Positions 57,615-64,000 of a DNA stretch of 64,000 bases are shown here, one piece after another. A program made the translations under genes and the position numbers. The stretch's first letter is position 1, and each line of letters opens with the position of its first letter. This DNA is from Candidatus Obscuribacteraceae bacterium (lineage in GTDB: Bacteria > Cyanobacteriota > Vampirovibrionia > Obscuribacterales > Obscuribacteraceae), in the NCBI GenBank assembly GCA_044226015.1, contig JBGAHS010000001.1, positions 480,001 through 544,000 of the forward strand, written 5' to 3'. The notes beneath the pieces are model-generated. The model saw nothing but the letters and a program-made list of their open reading frames with translations, was not told where the DNA came from and did no database searches.

Positions 57615-59240
57615 TTAGAAGTCACCCATGCCGGCGCCTGCTGGCATTGATGGCTTTTTTTCTTCCGGGATGTCCACAACGAGTGCTTCTGTTGTGAGGA
57701 ACATTCCAGCGATTGAGGTTGCGTATTGAACTGCGCAGCGCTCAACCTTAGCTGGGTCGATGATACCAGCAGCTGACATGTCGATGTATTCGAAGGTGAT
57801 AGCGTTGAAGCCCCAGCCTTCTTTGTTTTCTTTGACTTTCTCGACTACGACTTCGCCAGAAAGACCAGCGTTGTCAGCGATTTGACGAACTGGAGCTTCG
57901 AATGCCTTGATTACGATTTCGTAGCCAGTGCGCTCGTCGCCAACCAACTCAGTTTTCTTCTTATCGAGAATCTTCGAGATGTGAAGCAACGCGGTTCCAC
58001 CACCAGGAACGTATCCTTCTTCAACTGCAGCGCGTGTAGCGTTGAGTGCGTCTTCGAAGCGGAGTTTGCGATCTTTGAGTTCTGTTTCGGTAGCGCCACC
58101 AACTTTGATAACAGCTACGCCGCCAGCCAACTTAGCCAAACGCTCTTGGAGCTTTTCCTTGTCGAATTCAGAATCCGACTCTTCGATTTGGCGCTTGATG
58201 ACTTGAATGCGCTTTTGAACTTGTTCTTTGCTTTCGTTGCCAGCAACAACGGTTGTCTTGTCCTTGTTGACACGAACTTGACGAGCACGACCGAGCATGT
58301 CGATTGTGACGTTTTCGAGTTTGGTTCCGCGCTCTTCGGAGATAACTTGACCGCCGGTGAGGATTGCGATGTCTTCGAGCATAGCTTTTCTGCGATCGCC
58401 GAAGCCAGGAGCTTTGACTGCGCAGCATGGAAGAACTTTGCGGAGGTGGTTAACAACGAGGGTTGCAAGAGCTTCGCCTTCGATGTCTTCAGCAATACAG
58501 AGAAGAGGACGGCCGGAGCGAGCAACTTTCTCGAGTACTGGAACGAGGTCAGCAAGAAGATTTACTTTCTTGTCGATGCAGATTACGAATGGCTCTTCCA
58601 AAACAGCTTCCATGCGCTCAGGATCTGTTACGAAGTAAGCTGAAACGTATCCTTTGTCGAATTGCATTCCTTCAACAACTTCGAGTTCGGTGTTGAGTGA
58701 TTTGCTTTCTTCAACAGTGATTACGCCGTCTTTGCCAACCTTTTCCATTGCATCAGCGATGATTTTGCCGAAAGTTTCTTCGTTACCAGCTGAGATCGAC
58801 GCGACCTGAGTGATAGCGGTTTTTGTTTCGACTGGCTTAGCCATGACTTTGATTTCTTGAATTGTATGTTCGCAAGCTTTCTGGATGCCGCGACGGAGAA
58901 CCATCGGGTTAGCACCTGCTGCTACGTTGCGAAGACCTTCTTTGATCATTGCTTGAGCGAGAACAGCTGCGGTTGTTGTACCGTCGCCTGCGTTGTCGTT
59001 TGTCTTAACGCAAACTTCGCGGATCAACTGAGCGCCAGCGTTTTCGAGGTGATCTTCGAGCTCGATTTCTTTAGCGATGGTGACGCCATCGTTAACGATT
59101 TGTGGAGCGCCGAACTTCTTTTCGAGAACTACATTGCGTCCAGCAGGACCCATTGTGAGTTTGACGGTGTTAGCGACTGCATCAACACCGCGCTCTAGTG
59201 CGCGACGTGCTGTTTCTTCATAAATAATTTGCTTTGCCAT
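57615..59240 (-). CDS. groL: chaperonin GroEL
   Basis: [37 protein letters not shown] and LQERLAKL. Confidence 0.99.
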   Translation of the reverse strand: MAKQIIYEETARRALERGVDAVANTVKLTMGPAGRNVVLEKKFGAPQIVNDGVTIAKEIELEDHLENAGAQLIREVCVKTNDNAGDGTTTAAVLAQAMIKEGLRNVAAGANPMVLRRGIQKACEHTIQEIKVMAKPVETKTAITQVASISAGNEETFGKIIADAMEKVGKDGVITVEESKSLNTELEVVEGMQFDKGYVSAYFVTDPERMEAVLEEPFVICIDKKVNLLADLVPVLEKVARSGRPLLCIAEDIEGEALATLVVNHLRKVLPCCAVKAPGFGDRRKAMLEDIAILTGGQVISEERGTKLENVTIDMLGRARQVRVNKDKTTVVAGNESKEQVQKRIQVIKRQIEESDSEFDKEKLQERLAKLAGGVAVIKVGGATETELKDRKLRFEDALNATRAAVEEGYVPGGGTALLHISKILDKKKTELVGDERTGYEIVIKAFEAPVRQIADNAGLSGEVVVEKVKENKEGWGFNAITFEYIDMSAAGIIDPAKVERCAVQYATSIAGMFLTTEALVVDIPEEKKPSMPAGAGMGDF

Positions 59241-59304
59241 AAAACTGAATTACTCTCCTTTAACAATGCGACTCAGCGCATTGAATGACTACTTTGTGGA
59301 ACTC

Positions 59305-59619
59305 TTACGCTGTGAAGACAGCGAGGATGTCGCGCTCAGCGAGAATCAAATATTCAACGCCGTCGATTTTGACTTCGGTTCCGGAATATTTTTGGAAGAG
59401 AACTTTGTCTCCGACTTTCAATTCCATCGGGGTCTTGTTGCCCTTCTCATCGGTCTTGCCTGGTCCAACAGCCAAAACTTCGCCGTTTTGTGGCTTTTCT
59501 TTAGCTGTATCAGGAAGAACGATTCCGCCTGGTGTCTTCTCTTCAGCTTCGAGCTTCTTGATGATGACGCGATCTGCGAGTGGTTTGAGGTTCAATTTTG
59601 CTTGTGTTGCAGAAGCCAA
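59305..59619 (-). CDS. groS: co-chaperonin GroES
   Basis: [24 protein letters not shown] and AVGPG. Confidence 0.98.
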   Translation of the reverse strand: MASATQAKLNLKPLADRVIIKKLEAEEKTPGGIVLPDTAKEKPQNGEVLAVGPGKTDEKGNKTPMELKVGDKVLFQKYSGTEVKIDGVEYLILAERDILAVFTA

Positions 59620-59904
59620 TGGTCTATCTCCCTATGTATGCACCATTAACAAATAGAGCTTGGAATTGCGGTCGCTGAACAGCGATCCAGAACTCGTCTA
59701 GCTCTTTACACCAAAAAGTCTATCCATCATCTTGCTAAGAGTGGGGTCTTCTCCCATTTTCTTAAGGATCTTCTTTTCCAATGATGGATATAAACTTGTC
59801 TTAGAATTGTATAATCAGGGTATATGCGCAAGGCCGAGCCGCATGGCATGAGGGTTTTCGCCCTGATACCACCTGTGGTTAGCTCAGATTCGCTTAGAAA
59901 GGAC

Positions 59905-61569
59905 TTAATCCTTCTTCTTAATTCCCCAGCTCGGAACCGCTCTCATCCACGGGGCGTATTCCGCTGGTACGACCAGGCGGCTTTGCAACTTGGACTGTCT
60001 TTCGCTTAGAACAGCCAGCTTAGCCTGTCTTGCAAGTTCGTCCCAGGAGATATGACCCTCTCCAACCATTCCTGAGTCGGCCAGTTTTACCCGGTCTCGA
60101 CCCTCGAACTTCGCCACATCGAGGGCTTGTTCGGCTGTTTTTAGGAGCATTCCCGGCTCTTCCCCATTAGTTGGGTAGGTGGATAGGCCGATTGAGACTG
60201 TAACCATGCCTACGCCTGGAGCACTTTCGCTGCGAATTTTGGCTCGCAATCGTTCGGCCACTTCCAGGGCGTCTTGCCGGGCTGTTTCTGGAAGTATGAC
60301 TGCGAATTCCTGGGAGCCAAGCCTGCAAGGCACGTCGATGTCGCGAAGTGTAGTTTTTACAAGTTTTGCAACGTGTTTGATTGCCTCATCGCCCTTGCCG
60401 GCACCGAGCAGTTCATTGACACGCGTCAGGTGATCTATATCTATGCGCATAATTCCGAATTCATGCTTATGCCTTACCGAACGTTCCAGCTCTTTGCTGA
60501 ACGTATCATTGAAATGCCAGGGGTTGTACAAGCCGGTGTGAGCATCTTGCATAGTTTGGGCAGCAGCGGTCTCGTGGGTGAGTGCGATGTTGAGTGCCGT
60601 GGCAACCTGATGTGCTAGAGACTCGAGCAGGTCGACTTGCTCGCGGTGAAAACTGCGCATTTCCTGGGAAAAAAGCATCAAAACACCAAGCGCTTTATTC
60701 TCATGAACAACAGGAATTGCAATTGCTGAGCCGAATAAGCCACCTCCTGTTGAGCGTGGCAAGCGTAGTTGAATGTTAGTGGCATCGCTTTGATATTCTG
60801 TTTTGTTGCTCATGATGCAGCGCCCGGCTAGCGTGTCTTCAACAGAAAGGTCAAAGTCATTTATGTTGTTGCCATCGAGACCTTTAAATGCTGCCAGATT
60901 GAATTGCTTTTTCTCCTGGTCAAGCACAAGAACAGCACAGTGTGGCGTATTAGCCAGAATCAGCGAAGTGTCAGCGGCAATCTGAAGAACATCCGCCACT
61001 TTGAGCGAACTGTTGCTCAGCGCTACGCTCGATTTGTACAGCGTGCCGAGCCTCTCTCTTTCATATTCAGAACGACCAAATAAAATCGCGTTAGCAACCG
61101 CAATCGCGACAAGATCCGAAAGATGCTTGAGCAGGTCAATCATGCCAAGCAAGCCAGAATCTTTCACATCGATAAGCATGCAGCCGACGAGTAAATTTGA
61201 GGCGATCAACGGCAAGCCAATTTGAGCGGCACTGCCTTCCCTTTTCATAATGACTGCACTTACATCTGGTGCTTGCGCTGGGTCTGAAATAGTGGCAATC
61301 TGCCTTTTCTGAACCACAGGTTTCAGCAAACTGTCAGAGGAAAATTGGAGCACCCGTAGCTGCTCCTGACTGGGTTCTGAATACCCTCTGGAGGTCATCA
61401 GCTTGAGTGAGAGACTGTCGTTATCGGATAAAAATACTGCGACTTTGGCATCACCAGCTAAATCAACGAATTGTGAAACTGCTGTATCCAGAACGTCTCT
61501 CAAACGTAGTGAGCTGTTTAATGCCTTCACCATTTGCAGCAGGTGCTGCACCAGGTTGCCTTCTGCCAT
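59905..61569 (-). CDS. GAF-GAF-GGDEF protein with degenerate active site
   Basis: Two GAF-like domains; DAHTGLYN, DID, RDID (RxxD), RLGSQEF, VTVSIG and AK..GRDR. Confidence 0.88.
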   Translation of the reverse strand: MAEGNLVQHLLQMVKALNSSLRLRDVLDTAVSQFVDLAGDAKVAVFLSDNDSLSLKLMTSRGYSEPSQEQLRVLQFSSDSLLKPVVQKRQIATISDPAQAPDVSAVIMKREGSAAQIGLPLIASNLLVGCMLIDVKDSGLLGMIDLLKHLSDLVAIAVANAILFGRSEYERERLGTLYKSSVALSNSSLKVADVLQIAADTSLILANTPHCAVLVLDQEKKQFNLAAFKGLDGNNINDFDLSVEDTLAGRCIMSNKTEYQSDATNIQLRLPRSTGGGLFGSAIAIPVVHENKALGVLMLFSQEMRSFHREQVDLLESLAHQVATALNIALTHETAAAQTMQDAHTGLYNPWHFNDTFSKELERSVRHKHEFGIMRIDIDHLTRVNELLGAGKGDEAIKHVAKLVKTTLRDIDVPCRLGSQEFAVILPETARQDALEVAERLRAKIRSESAPGVGMVTVSIGLSTYPTNGEEPGMLLKTAEQALDVAKFEGRDRVKLADSGMVGEGHISWDELARQAKLAVLSERQSKLQSRLVVPAEYAPWMRAVPSWGIKKKD

Positions 61570-61725
61570 GACCCTTCCTTGTATATGTACTATCATTCTG
61601 CACGAACCACAAACGAATGGAAACTAAACGTATTAGAGCCGAATTCGAGCAAATTCATCTTCTAACCCATCTATAATGAGCCAGTTATTTGCGGTCCGAA
61701 CTCAAACAAATATATGGAGTGTTTT

Positions 61726-62064
61726 ATGACAGATGATTGCCTTTTCTGCAAAATAGCGGGTGGACAGATACCCGCTAAGGTGGTGAAGGAAACGGATTCT
61801 TACATGGCTTTTCGAGACATCAATCCGCAGGCACCAACGCACATCCTTGTTATTCCAAAATCGCATTTTGCTGATGTTTCACAGGTTAAAGATGCGCAGC
61901 TTTTGGGTAGCCTCATGCAAGCTGCGGCGGGAATTGCAGCGGAAGAGAAGTTGGGTAATGGATTTCGACTGGTGGTGAACACAGGAGCAGATGGTGGACA
62001 GACAGTTTTCCATCTTCATATCCACTTGTTGGGAGGTCGAAGCCTCGACTGGCCGCCAGGTTAG
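61726..62064 (+). CDS. histidine triad nucleotide-binding protein (HinT-like)
   Basis: CLFCKI, DINPQAPTH and HLHIHLLGGR..WPPG. Confidence 0.95.
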   Translation: MTDDCLFCKIAGGQIPAKVVKETDSYMAFRDINPQAPTHILVIPKSHFADVSQVKDAQLLGSLMQAAAGIAAEEKLGNGFRLVVNTGADGGQTVFHLHIHLLGGRSLDWPPG

Positions 62065-62170
62065 GCTGTTTGTAAATTTGCTTTGAATCTTCGCGTTTTA
62101 CGCCTCTTGGAAACGGGTATGTATAAGTCAGGAAAGGAAGGCGCTTGACGCCAAAGCAGGAGATCGGGCA

Positions 62171-62386
62171 ATGGCTACGGCTACGAGAAATAAAAAAGAT
62201 CAGGTGCTATGGATGGCGGATTGCTATAGCCTGGCAAAGAGGTTCCCCAACCCGCATACATGGCTGGCTTTGCTCGAACAAGAGCAGCAAGATGCTATCG
62301 ATATCAACCCATTTCACTACTGGTTATGGATGGAAATATGGAAAGCAGCACAAACCTGTGCCCCTGAGGAAGAGGGCTATTGCTAA
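62171..62386 (+). CDS. small Trp-rich hypothetical protein
   Basis: 71 aa with SD AGGAG and a strong downstream terminator. Confidence 0.6.
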   Translation: MATATRNKKDQVLWMADCYSLAKRFPNPHTWLALLEQEQQDAIDINPFHYWLWMEIWKAAQTCAPEEEGYC

Positions 62387-62418
62387 GGCATCCCACGGTT
62401 TTAATTCGGTCTGCTATT

Positions 62419-62455
62419 GAAACCCGAGCCCTCCGGCTCGGGTTTCTACTTTCTG
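62419..62455 (+). terminator. intrinsic terminator
   Basis: GAAACCCGAGCC-CTCC-GGCTCGGGTTTC perfect 12-bp stem with a T-rich tail. Confidence 0.75.
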
Positions 62456-62841
62456 TTTGTGTAATCACTCTTGCGAGTTAATCCTTTCGCGCTAAAGGCG
62501 GTCTGACTGAAGCACAGCGTTCAAGTGTAAATGCAAACTGATGACACTTGCGCACATTTTTTTGACAGCAGACGATTTTTAGCAAGCTGATCTTTGTCAG
62601 TTTGTCGTACATTTTTCGCAGCTTACATCGCAGTTTCTGCGCAGTTCGTTGCAGTTTTTTTCGCTGTGAGACATAGCTGTATGCCGCTGTTCAATTGTGT
62701 AAACAGCCGGTTGCAGCTAACCCTGGGCCATGCATGAGTGTGCACGATTCGTCAGCAGTCGTGGGGCTTTCACGCTTTTGCACTATGCAATTCCGTTTGG
62801 ATGAGTACTATGGCAGAGGTTGTTGTATTGAGGTGCTTGCA

Positions 62842-63726
62842 ATGGTTCAAGAACGACTTTCACTCGTTCAAAGTGATTTGTTGTCTGCCAAGGACGAATC
62901 AAACGGTACATGGTCGACCTTGCAGGAAAGTGCATATGACTTTATGAAAGAGCACAAAACTGAAATCGCGGTCGGTGCTGTAGCGGTATTAGCAGGAACG
63001 GCTGGTCTGCAACTTTTGAGGCGTTCAAGCTCTGGGGTTTCTGAGAATATAGCATCGAAGCTCGGCTCTTCTGAGATTACTCCGCTGGCTCCTGCCATCA
63101 CCCGTGGTGAAGCTGCGTTTGGTTCAAACAAAGGTCTTTCCTGGGTTGGCAGAAGTGAGTCTGTGAAAATATCGGATTTGAGTCATCCGGAAATTTTGCC
63201 CGCGAGTGCTTTCGATAATGCGATAGTTGGTCGGGCTCCTCGCAAGGGAGAAGATTTAGCGAATACCTTCATGGGCGAAGGGCAAGTTCAGGGTGAGCAT
63301 TTTGCAAAAGTTATGAAGTCGATGGAGGGAATTGAAATTCCCAGATTTGCAGAAGAATATGCGGCGAAGGTTTCTCCCGGAGTGGCAAAACACAATATCC
63401 ATTTCATATTGGATAGGGCGGAAATGCCGCCCTCGTCAAATCGCTTCTGGGCGGCCACGCTGGCAAATTTAGAAACGCCAGGAGAATTCAGGTCTGGGCA
63501 ACAACTGCTCAGAGAATTCTTGCGTCAGCCTCCGGGAACTCCAAGTTCTGTGTATGCTGAGGTTCTAGCAAGCATGAAAGCAAGGGAGATTCCGCGCTTT
63601 ACGCGTGAGATAGATAGTATGGTGAGCACTTCAATAGAGAATCTGGAATTTTATTTGTCGCACGCAAAAGTCAGTTCTGAAACAAAACCAGTTTGGGAAG
63701 CCGCCCTTGCCAGGCTGCTTCAATGA
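62842..63726 (+). CDS. hypothetical protein with a single hydrophobic segment
   Basis: SD GAGGT before ATG at 62842; TM-like IAVGAVAVLAGTAGLQLL. Confidence 0.7.
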   Translation: MVQERLSLVQSDLLSAKDESNGTWSTLQESAYDFMKEHKTEIAVGAVAVLAGTAGLQLLRRSSSGVSENIASKLGSSEITPLAPAITRGEAAFGSNKGLSWVGRSESVKISDLSHPEILPASAFDNAIVGRAPRKGEDLANTFMGEGQVQGEHFAKVMKSMEGIEIPRFAEEYAAKVSPGVAKHNIHFILDRAEMPPSSNRFWAATLANLETPGEFRSGQQLLREFLRQPPGTPSSVYAEVLASMKAREIPRFTREIDSMVSTSIENLEFYLSHAKVSSETKPVWEAALARLLQ

Positions 63727-63746
63727 ACTAGAAAATCGCATTAACC

Positions 63747-63779
63747 AAGAGGAGAGGCGAAATGCCTCTCCTCTTTTAC
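63747..63779. terminator. bidirectional terminator
   Basis: AAGAGGAGAGGC-N5-GCCTCTCCTCTT perfect stem. Confidence 0.75.
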
Positions 63780-63803
63780 GTTTACGAATTTGTCCGAGTC
63801 CGA

Positions 63804-64000
63804 CTAGACTTTAACTACTTGAGGCGGCCAGACCACTGACGTAACCTGTTGGTGCCTTGTGTTGCTATCTACAACACAACCTGAGCCAACGATGCAATGT
63901 TTTAGAGCAGCGTTCTCTTCAACTACGCTGTTCGACCAGACAATTGTGTCTTCCAGAACTGCGTTTCTCTCGATGCGGCAGTTGTCACCGATAATGACAC
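63804..64000 (-). CDS. C-terminal left-handed beta-helix of an NDP-sugar nucleotidyltransferase-like protein (partial)
   Basis: Hand-translated VIIGDNCRIERNAVLEDTIVWSNSVVEENAALKHCIVGSGCVV...VVKV*, showing hexapeptide repeats. Confidence 0.7.
   Translation of the reverse strand, partial: VIIGDNCRIERNAVLEDTIVWSNSVVEENAALKHCIVGSGCVVDSNTRHQQVTSVVWPPQVVKV

Noticed and set aside
57882..59656. Long plus-strand ORFs opposite groEL/groES
   Set aside because: They are antisense shadows caused by the strong codon bias of highly expressed genes.
1..64000. CRISPR arrays, rRNA/tRNA genes, transposases and prophage genes
   Set aside because: None were recognised; ruvC is the stand-alone housekeeping resolvase, not a Cas or TnpB nuclease.

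Overview
Chromosomal window from a bacterium that looks like a non-photosynthetic Cyanobacteriota relative (Vampirovibrionia/Melainabacteria, possibly Obscuribacterales). This is inferred from gene style and content, not from a database search. Housekeeping genes include ppc, gap-pgk, groES-groEL, ruvC, dacB, an lnt homolog, a pseudouridine synthase, HIT, a NifU C-terminal protein and an EmrAB-like efflux pair with a LysR regulator. These are interspersed with a large accessory signalling and surface repertoire: five Ser/Thr kinase-like genes (one fused to a receiver domain), TPR proteins, a degenerate GAF-GAF-GGDEF, an orphan TadE/TadG/TadE cassette and a 2230-aa Gly-rich exoprotein. The best candidate for an undescribed system is the co-directional cluster at 19.8-30.3 kb. 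It holds two paralogous beta-repeat proteins that share a 15-bp upstream motif, one with and one without a C-terminal papain/calpain-like protease domain. They are followed by two coupled membrane kinases with non-canonical catalytic loops and a VirB10/TrbI-like protein. Other notable items are an Lnt with Ser at the catalytic Cys position and several large structured non-coding regions (gap, groES and 19.7 kb leaders; orphan RNA candidates at 19.5 kb and 49 kb). No rRNA, tRNA, CRISPR array or transposase was recognised.
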